Of a stretch of DNA of 64,000 nt, positions 18,122-27,069 are shown piece by piece. The position numbers and the translations under genes were made by a program. The stretch's first letter is position 1. Every line of letters starts with the position of its first letter. The notes under the pieces are model-generated. The model ran no database searches. It saw only the letters and a list, made by a program, of their open reading frames with translations, and was not told the origin of the DNA. Origin of the DNA: Myxococcota bacterium (GTDB lineage Bacteria; Myxococcota_A; UBA796; CAJQPC01); the NCBI GenBank assembly GCA_036012755.1, contig DASCPX010000031.1, positions 28,476-92,475 of the forward strand. Reading direction: 5' to 3'.

Positions 18122-20374
18122 TCAGCCCAGACGCGGTCTGATCAGCATGATGACAGCAGGCAGGACCAGCAGATCGACGAGCAGGGCAAACAGCATCGCG
18201 ATGCTGATGAGGACGCCGAAGTAGACCACCGACTTGACCTCTGCCAGGGCAAGGACCGAGAAGCCGAGCGCGAGCACGATTGTCGTGACCGCGAGGCTGC
18301 GGCCGACGCTGCCCACGGTGCGTCGGATGGCCCCTTCGTGGTCACCGTCCGCACGCAGCTCGGCTCGGAAGCGGTAGAGGAACTGCACCGTGTCGTCGAC
18401 GACCAGCCCGAACACGATGGCGGCGATCGTGACCGTTGCGACGTCGAGGCGGATCTCGGCCAGGCCCATGACCCCCAGCACGAAGAGCACCGGGACGAGG
18501 TTGGCGGGGATGGCGAGCGCGGCGATTCGCATGCTGCGGAACAACAACGCCAGCAGCAGGAAGACGACCACGAAGGCCAGCCCGAAGCTCTTGAGCTGGC
18601 TCTCGACGATGTAGTCCATCATCTTCACGTAGAGCGGCAGGTACCCGCTCGGGACCAGCGTCACCCCCTCTGGCATGTCCGCCTGGGCGAGCACCGTATC
18701 GAGGGTGTCGGCCATGCCTCGTGCCGACATCATCTTCATGCCGAAGGTCACGCGCAGGGTCTCGTCGTCGACCCAGGGCTCGTAGTCGACATCCCGCTCG
18801 CTGAAGAAGACGAGGCTCTGGATCTTGCCGTTGGCCTCGTCGACATCCAAGGCGTCTGGCAGGGCAAAGCTCTCGGCTCGGCCGTCGGTCATCGCCTGGT
18901 TGAGCTTCTTCAGGATGTCCACGACGCTGCGAGACCAGCCGATGTTCTCGTTGTCCTCGGCGGCGGTGGCCCACGCGTCGACGGCTCGCAGGACCTCGAT
19001 GTCCAGCGGGTCATCCGCCCCGGTGACGACAACCTCGAGCGGCATGTAGAAGCCGACGTTGTCCTCGATCCAGTCGCTGTCGGCCTTCACCGGGTGGTCG
19101 TCGTAGAGGAAGTCGATGCTGTAGGTGTCGACCTCGATGCGGGCGACGCCGATCGAGCAGACCAGCGCCAGCAAGCCGGTAGCGACGAGGACCTCGCGGC
19201 TTCGCCGGATGCCGAGATCCGCCAGCCAGTCGACGATGGCCTGGATCCACCCGCGGTCCACCTGGGCCGGCTCGGACTTCTCCGTCGACAACGCGAAGGT
19301 GCAGGCAACGATCGCGGCGACAAAGGCTGCCACGAGGCCGACCGCAGCGAAGGCCCCCATGTCGCGGATGACGGCCATCGGCGCGGTGCAGAGGGCGAGG
19401 AAGCCCATCGCGGTGGTCAGGGTGTTGAAGAGGCAGGGCCAGAACATGAAGCCCACCGCCTTCACGACCCGCTGCCGCCGGGTGCCCTCTGCTTGCTGGG
19501 CGGCGTGGCTGAGGATGTGGACGCAGTCGCTGATGCCGATGATGACCACCAGCGTCGGCAGCACCATCGTCACCATGTTGATGTCGCGTCCCGCGGCCCC
19601 GAAGGCCCCCATGAGCCAGGTGGCGGCGATCCCGACGGTGCCCATCGTGACGACCACCGGCAGGATGCGCCTGTAGAGCACCGCGAGCAGCAGGATGATG
19701 AGCAGGTAGCTGGCCGCGATGAAGATCCCGGAGTCCACCGTCGCGAGCTTGTTCAGGGCGGCGTAGATGACCCCGATCCCCGCGCTCCTGACAGGCAGCT
19801 CCGCCTCTGCGAGGTCGACGTCGAGCTGGGCGAGGATGCCGTCCCGCCGCGCGTCGATGTCGTCCATCGCGTCCATGCGCGCGAGCACGAGCCCGGTCTT
19901 GCCGTCCTCGCTGACGAGCACGCCGGTGAGCAAGGGGTCGGCGAGGATGTACTCCCTGAGCGAGTCGGACTCGGTCTCGGAGGCGAAGCGCTCTGGCACG
20001 AGCGCCTCGACCTCGATCACCTCGCCGTCCCCGCGGATGTCGATGACGGTGACGAGGCTCTGGACCTCGCCGATGCCCTCTACGCTGGAGGCGACCTCTC
20101 CGACGCGCCGGAGCCTCTCGTAGCCCTCTGGGCGGAGGATGCCCTCGGGGTCGTGGACGGCGAGCGCGATGACCTCGTCGTTGCCGTAGTCCTCTTGGAA
20201 GTCGTGGTAAGCGGCGAGGGTGGGGTCGCCGTCGAGGAACCAGATCTCGACGGCGTTGTCGACGCCGACGGTCGAGGCCTGCCAGCCCGCGAGCCCGGTG
20301 AGCAGCAGACAAGCCAGGAGCGCGACCCACCGGAAGTCGTAGATCGCGCCGACGATTCGCTCGCCCCAGGTCAT
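18122..20374 (-). CDS. MMPL/RND family transporter
   Basis: Start MTWGER. Two repeats of TM + periplasmic domain + 5 TM; GISDCVH, GLVVDDTVQF, PCLFNTLTTAMGF. Confidence 0.9.
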   Translation of the reverse strand: MTWGERIVGAIYDFRWVALLACLLLTGLAGWQASTVGVDNAVEIWFLDGDPTLAAYHDFQEDYGNDEVIALAVHDPEGILRPEGYERLRRVGEVASSVEGIGEVQSLVTVIDIRGDGEVIEVEALVPERFASETESDSLREYILADPLLTGVLVSEDGKTGLVLARMDAMDDIDARRDGILAQLDVDLAEAELPVRSAGIGVIYAALNKLATVDSGIFIAASYLLIILLLAVLYRRILPVVVTMGTVGIAATWLMGAFGAAGRDINMVTMVLPTLVVIIGISDCVHILSHAAQQAEGTRRQRVVKAVGFMFWPCLFNTLTTAMGFLALCTAPMAVIRDMGAFAAVGLVAAFVAAIVACTFALSTEKSEPAQVDRGWIQAIVDWLADLGIRRSREVLVATGLLALVCSIGVARIEVDTYSIDFLYDDHPVKADSDWIEDNVGFYMPLEVVVTGADDPLDIEVLRAVDAWATAAEDNENIGWSRSVVDILKKLNQAMTDGRAESFALPDALDVDEANGKIQSLVFFSERDVDYEPWVDDETLRVTFGMKMMSARGMADTLDTVLAQADMPEGVTLVPSGYLPLYVKMMDYIVESQLKSFGLAFVVVFLLLALLFRSMRIAALAIPANLVPVLFVLGVMGLAEIRLDVATVTIAAIVFGLVVDDTVQFLYRFRAELRADGDHEGAIRRTVGSVGRSLAVTTIVLALGFSVLALAEVKSVVYFGVLISIAMLFALLVDLLVLPAVIMLIRPRLG

Positions 20375-20376
20375 GC

Positions 20377-21747
20377 CTACTCCACGGCGCCCGCTGCGAC
20401 GCACCAGGCCTCGTACCACGGCGCCAGGGGCGTGTCCGTCGCTGGAAGCTGGGGCACCGCCGAGCTCGCGGCGTCGTCCTCGTCGAAGCCCCAGACCCGA
20501 ACGATGCGGCCCTCGGCCTTCCAGGCCTCCACCTGCTCGGTGTCGCCGCTGCTCACGGCGGCGAAGCTCGCCTGGGCCTCGATGAGCGCGTCGTTGCCCT
20601 GCTGGAGCTCGACGAAGGCGCGGGTCGGGTAGGTGATGCGCTCCCCGTTCACCACCATGTCGCCCTCATCGCTGGTGACGACGAGCTCGCCGGCGCTGGT
20701 CTCGTCGTAGCGAGCATCGCTGGTCGTGTCGTGGTCTCCGAGGCTCACGACCGAGTCCTGGAGCTCGAGCAGCCAGAACCACGTGGACCCGGTGCTCGCG
20801 CTCTGGTGCACCTCGCGGAACTCCGTGCCCCCGAGCCAGCTGAGGCTGGGTAGAACCCCGCTGTCGAACGCGACCGCGTCACTCCAGACGATGTCCTCGC
20901 CGTCGAAGCGCCCGGCGCGGTAGTCGAGCAGGTTGCCCTGGTCCGTGCTGATCAGCAGCACCTCTCCACCGTCGGTGAGCGCCACCGCGGGGTCCCAGCC
21001 CGAGCCCAGGGCCCCGTGCCGCTTCCAGCTCACGCCCTCGCCGTCGAGCTGGCCAGCCCAGTACCAGAGCGAGCCCAAGCCGTCGTCGTGGACCTCGACG
21101 ACCTGGCCCTCGGCGTTCACGGCGATGGCGGGGTTGGCACCCTCGTCCCGCAGCGCGGCGAGCCGCGTGCCCTCGTGCCCGGAGTAGACGACGGCGACCT
21201 CGCCGCGCATGGCGTCGAGGCCGGCGAGCTCCACGAGCAGGTCCTCGCCGAAGGCCTGGAGGAGCTCGTCGCCGAGCCGAGCCAGGTTGCCCTGGTCGTA
21301 GTGTGGGTTGTCGGTGAGGTCGTCCTTGAGGTCGAGGCCCAGCACGATCGGCGCGTGTTCGGGGTGCTCATCGGACCACTGGGAGATCACGGCCAGCCAG
21401 TCGACGAGGGCGTCGGAGGCTGGGTTGCCGTCGTGGTCCACCCCCTGACCGACCCACAGGTGGCCGATGCGGTAGCCCTCGTCCTCGAAGTCGTCGTCGT
21501 GCACGTCGAGCTCGAGGAAGCGCACCCCAGCGTCGAGCTGCTCCACGAGGCTGCCGCGGTCACCGCCCTCGTAGGAGTTGTGGCTCGCGCGCAGGACCAG
21601 CTCCGACAGCTCTCGCTCGTCGATCGGACCGCTGTCGTCCGCGGGCTGGCTGTCCGGCACGCTGTCGCTGCTGTCGGCACGAGCGCTGGTGTCGGGCACG
21701 CCGGAGGGCGGCGAGACCTGGTGGGTGCAGGCCAGGAGCCACGTCAC
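20377..21747 (-). CDS. PI-PLC X-domain-like phospholipase C lipoprotein with inserted repeat region
   Basis: GTGA overlap start MTWLLAC; ASHNSY, EQLDAGVRFLELDVH, HPEHAPIVLGLDLKD. Confidence 0.75.
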   Translation of the reverse strand: MTWLLACTHQVSPPSGVPDTSARADSSDSVPDSQPADDSGPIDERELSELVLRASHNSYEGGDRGSLVEQLDAGVRFLELDVHDDDFEDEGYRIGHLWVGQGVDHDGNPASDALVDWLAVISQWSDEHPEHAPIVLGLDLKDDLTDNPHYDQGNLARLGDELLQAFGEDLLVELAGLDAMRGEVAVVYSGHEGTRLAALRDEGANPAIAVNAEGQVVEVHDDGLGSLWYWAGQLDGEGVSWKRHGALGSGWDPAVALTDGGEVLLISTDQGNLLDYRAGRFDGEDIVWSDAVAFDSGVLPSLSWLGGTEFREVHQSASTGSTWFWLLELQDSVVSLGDHDTTSDARYDETSAGELVVTSDEGDMVVNGERITYPTRAFVELQQGNDALIEAQASFAAVSSGDTEQVEAWKAEGRIVRVWGFDEDDAASSAVPQLPATDTPLAPWYEAWCVAAGAVE

Positions 21748-22847
21748 CCCGCGGTCTCCAGGTTGAAGCCCCCATATACGAAGGCCCGGTCGCGGAAGAG
21801 CAGGTCGCTCGTGTCGTGGACCTCGAGCCGATCCGCGAGGGACTCGGGGCGACTCCGAGGCACCAGGGTGTTCCAGTAGGCCAGCCGCGCTCCAGGCGCG
21901 GAGTGATCCAGCGACAGTCGAAGCAGGACCTCGTGGTGCTCGGGCGTCACGTACTCGAAGAGGTTCGAGAAGTTGAAGGCGGTCCAGCCGCCAGCCTCGA
22001 CCTGGGACTCGAGATCTCCGTGCACCAGGGTGATCCGCTCCGCTGCCTCGCCGAGCATGCCGTGGCCCTCTCGGGTGAGGTAGGCCCGAGAACACTCGAG
22101 GTCGAGGTAGCGACCGGCGAGCATCCACTGGAGGTAGGGGTTGTCGCGCACAGGCAGCTCGGAGAAGGCGTGCTTCGCGCGCCCGAGGAAGGCCTCCCCG
22201 ACCGGCCCATCGACCTGGGCGAACTGCTCCTTGCTGCGCCCGAGACGGGCCATGACGAGCTCGCTGAAGAAGAGGCGGAAGAGCCCCCGCCAGCGCAGGT
22301 TGTCCCAGCGCTCCTCGTAGAACCGAGCCTGCTGTGCGACCGACTCCAGGTGAAGGAAGTCCTCGATCGTGGAGCTGCGATGGACCAGCGGCAACAGCTT
22401 CGTGCGGAAGGTCTCGAGGTAGCGCTCGAAGCGCCCGAGCTTCAGCACGCCGAGGCGGATCGTGCCCTCGTTGTCGTCCCAGAAGCTCCGCGCATCCTCC
22501 GAGAGGTGCTCGCGCACGTGGTGGTAGATGTGAACCCGCCGCCCGCCCTCGAGCAGGCCCAGGAGCTGCAGGTGCTCCTCGTAGGGAAGGCGCCCGCCAG
22601 CGAGCTTGAGCTCGGTCAGCGCGATCTGCTGGAAGGAGAGATCGACCGCGACGACCTCTGCGCCCTCCAAGGCGAGCTTGATGGAGTTGTCACCGCCCGA
22701 GCAGATGGACAGCACACGGTCCGCCGGGCCGACCTGCAGCGCCTCCTGCAGGATGTCCTCGTCCTCCCAGCACTGGGCGTAGTTGATCCTGCTCGCGAGG
22801 TCGGTCTCGGAGAGCTCGGAGCGAAAGCGCCTGCGGTCGATCTTCAC
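21744..22847 (-). CDS. DUF3419 family / BtaA-like SAM-dependent 3-amino-3-carboxypropyl transferase
   Basis: INYAQCWED, VLSICSGGDN, GRFERY, NPYLQW, NFSNLFEY, DRAFVYG. Start placed at GTG 22847. Confidence 0.85.
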   Translation of the reverse strand: MKIDRRRFRSELSETDLASRINYAQCWEDEDILQEALQVGPADRVLSICSGGDNSIKLALEGAEVVAVDLSFQQIALTELKLAGGRLPYEEHLQLLGLLEGGRRVHIYHHVREHLSEDARSFWDDNEGTIRLGVLKLGRFERYLETFRTKLLPLVHRSSTIEDFLHLESVAQQARFYEERWDNLRWRGLFRLFFSELVMARLGRSKEQFAQVDGPVGEAFLGRAKHAFSELPVRDNPYLQWMLAGRYLDLECSRAYLTREGHGMLGEAAERITLVHGDLESQVEAGGWTAFNFSNLFEYVTPEHHEVLLRLSLDHSAPGARLAYWNTLVPRSRPESLADRLEVHDTSDLLFRDRAFVYGGFNLETAG

Positions 22848-22869
22848 GGACTCGGTATTACTGCGGCGA

Positions 22870-23337
22870 TCACGTAGGTGGATCGGATGATCGCCGCGGT
22901 AGCCGACGGTCGAGCTCGAGATCGCGTGGTTCGGAGATGACGAGCTCGCCGAAGCGACCATGACGCGGGTTGATCAAGGCGTTGTCCGAGATCGGCACCA
23001 GCGCAGATGGCACCAGGGTCGCGACGCTCGAGCGTGCGCGACGCCAGGCATCACCTGCCTCGACGGCGCTCGGCGAGGACAGATCGATCCAGCCGTCGGG
23101 GGCGTCCAGCTCGAGGATCGCGTCGTCTGGCACGTCCACCTCGAACCACACGAGGTCAGGGGGAACCAGCGAGAGGTCGACGTGGACGAGCAGCTCGAGG
23201 ACGCAGAGATCCAGCGTCGTCGAGGCGTACACCACAGGCACACCCGGGCTGTTCCAGCGCCCACCAGCGACGGCAGCGCCGTGACCCGTGAAGGCCGTCG
23301 TGGCCCAGCGGCGCTTCGAGATCCGGTACAGCTTCAA
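22870..23337 (-). CDS. RES domain toxin (NAD+-targeting, MbcT/ParT-like)
   Basis: TTGA overlap start; LYRI, G.GA...GGRWNSPG..VVYAS, LELLVH, VPSA, N.LINP.H. The R-E-S triad is present. Confidence 0.9.
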   Translation of the reverse strand: MKLYRISKRRWATTAFTGHGAAVAGGRWNSPGVPVVYASTTLDLCVLELLVHVDLSLVPPDLVWFEVDVPDDAILELDAPDGWIDLSSPSAVEAGDAWRRARSSVATLVPSALVPISDNALINPRHGRFGELVISEPRDLELDRRLPRRSSDPPT

Positions 23338-23582
23338 CCGATGACGGCGTGCTCGATCCGGGTGAGCACGTCGTCGACACGCTCGGCGCCGATGTCCGTG
23401 TCGAGGAGGGACAGGGGAACCACCCCGCCCAGGCCCCGGTTGCCGCGACGCAGCCACGCCGCTGCCCGCTCGGAGCTGCCGAAGACATCGACGGCGTGGG
23501 AAGCGACCCGAGCGATGCGCACGTTGCGACCGAGTGCCTGCTCACCACCCATCAGCGTGACTATCGACGGCGTAGGGCTCAT
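23334..23582 (-). CDS. Xre/MbcA/ParS-type antitoxin, 82 aa, toxin-binding domain only
   Basis: ARV...A.DVFGS...AAAWL...NRGLGG..PLSLLDTDIG...V...L.RIEH; coupled to the RES gene. Confidence 0.85.
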   Translation of the reverse strand: MSPTPSIVTLMGGEQALGRNVRIARVASHAVDVFGSSERAAAWLRRGNRGLGGVVPLSLLDTDIGAERVDDVLTRIEHAVIG

Positions 23583-23592
23583 CCGAGCTCCG

Positions 23593-23625
23593 TGCCAGAT
23601 GGCATCAACATAGCGCCACTTGCGC
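23593..23625. promoter_or_regulatory. Putative TA operator/promoter with two inverted repeats
   Basis: TGCCA-GA-TGGCA (23593-23604) and GCGC-CACTT-GCGC (23613-23625) flank a TATGTT -10-like hexamer on the minus strand, just upstream of the antitoxin. Confidence 0.5.
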
Positions 23626-23638
23626 CCCGAGAGAAGAC

Positions 23639-26170
23639 TCAGGTGGCTTCGACCACCTCGACGACTCCCGTGTCCCCGTCCATGCGGATGACATCTCCGT
23701 CGCTGACCCGCTCCGTGAGCCCCCTGAGTCCGACGATGGTCGGGATGCCCATCTCGCGCGCGACGACCGCCGAGTGGGACAGGAGCGAGCCCCGCTCCAC
23801 CAACAGGCCCGAGATCGAGGGATAGAGCGGCACCCAGCCCGGATCGGTGCGCTCGGCGACCAGGATCTCGCCCGACAGCCGCACCCCTCCGCTGGGGTCG
23901 TCGAGCACGACACAGGGCCCCTCGACGACCCCAGGGCAGCAGCCGGTGCCGACGAGGTTGCCGTCGGCGTCGATCGCCGGCTGGATGGGGCCGCGGAAGC
24001 GGTTGCCGATGTAGACCATGCCGCGAGTGTGGAAGCGCTCGTCCGGTCGCGGACCGGCGCGGTAGCCCTCGAACTCCGCCCGGCGAAGCGCCACCAGCCC
24101 GCGGAGGTCGGTCGTGACCGTGGTGCCGCGCAGGAAGCCCTGGACCTCCTCGATGGTCAGGTAGAACACGTCCTCTCGAACATCGAGGACATCGGCCTCG
24201 ACCAGGCGCAGTCCCCAGGCGCGGATGATGTCCCGCACGAGGCCGAAGACGCGGGTCCGGGCGAAGCGCAGGTCCTCGCGGCACTTCACGCGACGCCGGG
24301 TGTTGTCCAGGATCCAGGCGAACACCCAGGCCTTCAGCCCGCTCACCAGCGAGAACGCCCTGGCCTCTGCGGCCAGGCGCAGGCGCCGCTCGGAGGCCCC
24401 GAAGTCGCTGGGATCGAGCGCGTCGCCGCGCAGGTAGTTGCGCAGGATGGCTACGAGGAAGCCGGGACGGTGCCGCAGCGACAGCGTCTCGAGCTTGAGC
24501 TCGTCCACGCAGCGGTCACCGTAGAGAGCGATGTACCGGTCGAAGCGCTTCTTGAAGTCCGGGTCCCCCAGCGCCTGGGCGAGGATCTCGTCGTCGTCGC
24601 CCTCGCCGAGGAAAAGCGCCTCGAGCTCCGAGCCACGCAGGTCCGCGGCCATGCCCAGGGCCTCGATCGTGGGGGCTGTGGACTCCAGGTCTCCCTCGCC
24701 GGCGAGGAGCTCGTTGTGGAGGTTCGTGTCCTCGTCCGCCGTGAGCTCCTGGCACTGCTTCTTGAGCAGCCCGTAGAAGATCATGACGAAGAAGTCGTTC
24801 ACGATCGGCGGGGTCCACTCCCACAAGAGCCTGGTCTCCAGGTCCTGGTAGACCGCCAGCAACTCGAAGGGCGAGAGAGCGTCGAAGTCCTTTGCCCGGT
24901 GCTCTCGATAGGCGGCGCGGAAGAGCTCCGAAAAGCGCCGCACGCTGCGGTCGAGGGTGAAGACTCGCCAGACCATCTTGACGCCCAGCCAGGCCAGCCT
25001 CGGATACCAGACCAGGACCTTCTGCCAGCCCGCTGCCTCGGCGCCGGCGTCCTCGTCCTCTGCGACCTCCGCGACCCCCATCATCTGCTCCATGAAGGCG
25101 CGGTTGACCTGGTAGCCAGGGAGCAGCGTGAGCACGCCGTACCAGGCGTTGAGGTTGTAGTAGACCCGGCCCCGGACCAGGCCGATCATGCGGTGGAACA
25201 TGCCCTCGTTCCGCCGGAGCGTGGTCGCGTCGACACCCATGACCCGACAGAAGAGCTGGTAGATGATCGTGTAGGCCCGCTTGGCGAAGCTGTAGGTCAT
25301 CGGCGTGGTGACGCCGCTGTAGCTCTCGACGATGTTCGAGTTGTCCCACAAGAGCCGCCGGCCCCGGGGTACGCGCACCGTGACCGGCCTGACCTGGACC
25401 ACGAAGAGCTCGTTTCCGAGCACGCAGAACTCGATGTCCTGGGCGCCGCCGAGCTCCTCGTCGAGACGCCGGCCCAGGCGCGCCACGCGGCGGACCAGCT
25501 GCTCGCTCAGGCAGGGAATGCCTCGCATGTCGAGGGGCACGGGCGCCACGCCCTCGCCCACCCGGAAGGCCTCGTCCTTGTCCTCGAGCTCCTCGTCGAC
25601 CTCTTCCCGGCGACAGACCCGGAAGGTGTCGCAAGGCACGAGCCCCTGGACCACCCCCTCCCCGACACCCCAGGCCGCCGAGATGAGCACGGTGTCCGGA
25701 TCCTCGGGGGTGCCGGTGAACATGACGCCCGAGGCGTCGGGGATGACGAGCCTCTGCACGACGACGGCCACCGGGCTGGGCTCGATGCCCGCCTCGCGGC
25801 AGTATGAGCGGACCCGCTCGCTGTTGCCGGATCTCCAGCAGGTGGAGACCGCCTCGACCACCTCGTCGACGGTGGAGGCGCCGAGCACGCTCTCGAGCTG
25901 CCCGGCGAAGGAGTGGCTCGCGCCGTCCTCGGCCACCGCGCTGGAGCGTATGGCGTAGGGTCCCGGCCCCAGAGCCTCGAGCGCAGCTTCGAGGGGCCCA
26001 CGCAGCTTCTTGGGAAAGCGTCCGGAGACCCGGTACTCACGGGCTTCCAGCACGAAGAAGTCCGGGACGGGCAGCTCCAGCCTCACCATGCGGACGAGGC
26101 CAAGACCCTTGCCGCCGATGATGTCCGCGCCGACGTCGTCAAGCGCGAGCTCCCAGCCCTGGCGGATCAC
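23639..26170 (-). CDS. PEP-synthase-like / RPH-architecture phosphotransferase (ATP-grasp, central substrate domain, His-swivel)
   Basis: GTGA overlap start; GGKG, AIRSSAVAEDG..HSFAGQ, SGVMFT, QDIEF, VQVRPVT, NIVESYSGVTTP, TDPGW, GSLLSHSAVVAREMGIP. Confidence 0.9.
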   Translation of the reverse strand: MIRQGWELALDDVGADIIGGKGLGLVRMVRLELPVPDFFVLEAREYRVSGRFPKKLRGPLEAALEALGPGPYAIRSSAVAEDGASHSFAGQLESVLGASTVDEVVEAVSTCWRSGNSERVRSYCREAGIEPSPVAVVVQRLVIPDASGVMFTGTPEDPDTVLISAAWGVGEGVVQGLVPCDTFRVCRREEVDEELEDKDEAFRVGEGVAPVPLDMRGIPCLSEQLVRRVARLGRRLDEELGGAQDIEFCVLGNELFVVQVRPVTVRVPRGRRLLWDNSNIVESYSGVTTPMTYSFAKRAYTIIYQLFCRVMGVDATTLRRNEGMFHRMIGLVRGRVYYNLNAWYGVLTLLPGYQVNRAFMEQMMGVAEVAEDEDAGAEAAGWQKVLVWYPRLAWLGVKMVWRVFTLDRSVRRFSELFRAAYREHRAKDFDALSPFELLAVYQDLETRLLWEWTPPIVNDFFVMIFYGLLKKQCQELTADEDTNLHNELLAGEGDLESTAPTIEALGMAADLRGSELEALFLGEGDDDEILAQALGDPDFKKRFDRYIALYGDRCVDELKLETLSLRHRPGFLVAILRNYLRGDALDPSDFGASERRLRLAAEARAFSLVSGLKAWVFAWILDNTRRRVKCREDLRFARTRVFGLVRDIIRAWGLRLVEADVLDVREDVFYLTIEEVQGFLRGTTVTTDLRGLVALRRAEFEGYRAGPRPDERFHTRGMVYIGNRFRGPIQPAIDADGNLVGTGCCPGVVEGPCVVLDDPSGGVRLSGEILVAERTDPGWVPLYPSISGLLVERGSLLSHSAVVAREMGIPTIVGLRGLTERVSDGDVIRMDGDTGVVEVVEAT

Positions 26171-27069
26171 GGCCACGCGAAGGCCCCGCTCAGGAGCATG
26201 CAGAGAAAGAGGACCAGGGTGGATGCGCCCTCGACCTTCTTTGCGGCGGACTCGCGGTGGACCAGCAGCGCGGCCGGAGAGATGGCCACCAGCAGCACGA
26301 CGACGCTGCCGAGGCCATCGATGGCCCAGGGGCCCGACAGCGGCCAGCTCCTGGCGATCCAGCCGCCATCGAGGAAGCGCAGCAGGACAGCGAAGGCGAC
26401 GACGCCCCCGACCATCGACGCCCACAACAGCAACAAGGCGCGGCCGCGGCCGAGGACCGAGGTGTAGGACTCCACGCCCTCGATCTCCTCTGCCGGGAGA
26501 CGGAACTTGCGACCCACCTCGAAGCCCAGGGAGGCCAGGCTGATCATGGCGACGTAGGCGAGGTAGGCCGGATGCCAGCCGGCGTCGGTGCAGGCCCAGC
26601 CCAACAGGGCGAGACCGGCGACCACCGGGTTGTGGGTGATGGCGTAGACCACGATGTGCTTCGAGAGCCACTGGCCGACGAAGAACTCCTTGAGCATCAA
26701 GAGGGTGAAGACCAGGGTCGCCGCCCAGGCGATCAAGGCCCGAGGGCCGATCCAGGCACAGATGGCGAGCTCCACCGCGATGGCGATGGCTCCGAGGACG
26801 CGCAGGTCCCTCAGGGTCACGTCGCCACGGCTCAACACCCGGTCCGGGTAGGCCACGACGTCGCCGTCGAAGTCCTTGTGCTCGTCGAAGACGCGGAGGT
26901 GGAAGAAGACGAGCAGCACGACGACGCCACCAGCCCAGGAGGTGGCCTCTCCTCCACCTACGGCGTGCGACACCAGCGCCGCCGAGCCGAAGAAGAGCGC
27001 CACCAGGATCGAGTACGCCACCGGAGGGAAGCGCTCGTTGAGGTAGGCGGGGACACTTCGAAGGGCCAT
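26167..27069 (-). CDS. UbiA-superfamily prenyltransferase-like membrane protein
   Basis: YLNERFPP, LRVFDEHKD...D....PDR.LSRG (first Asp-rich motif), KEFF, YAITH, EVGRK....EE..GVESYT; about 8 TMs. Confidence 0.8.
   Translation of the reverse strand: MALRSVPAYLNERFPPVAYSILVALFFGSAALVSHAVGGGEATSWAGGVVVLLVFFHLRVFDEHKDFDGDVVAYPDRVLSRGDVTLRDLRVLGAIAIAVELAICAWIGPRALIAWAATLVFTLLMLKEFFVGQWLSKHIVVYAITHNPVVAGLALLGWACTDAGWHPAYLAYVAMISLASLGFEVGRKFRLPAEEIEGVESYTSVLGRGRALLLLWASMVGGVVAFAVLLRFLDGGWIARSWPLSGPWAIDGLGSVVVLLVAISPAALLVHRESAAKKVEGASTLVLFLCMLLSGAFAWP

Noticed and set aside
18338..20632. 764-aa plus-strand ORF and similar long ORFs (1896-3977, 3671-5548, 12866-14278, 23774-25807, 32924-34657, 60196-62208)
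   Set aside because: Antisense shadows of well-supported genes, expected at high GC3; no family motifs.
21744..22847. Calling btaA and DGTS betaine lipid synthesis
   Set aside because: No btaB-like methyltransferase in the window; only family-level similarity is supportable.
16415..23582. HNH plus RES TA as a defence island or mobile element
   Set aside because: They are about 6 kb apart among unrelated genes, with no integrase, transposase, terminal repeats or obvious compositional shift.
23639..26170. Rifampin phosphotransferase resistance gene
   Set aside because: Architecture matches RPH, but coupling to a UbiA-like gene suggests biosynthesis. Substrate cannot be inferred from sequence.
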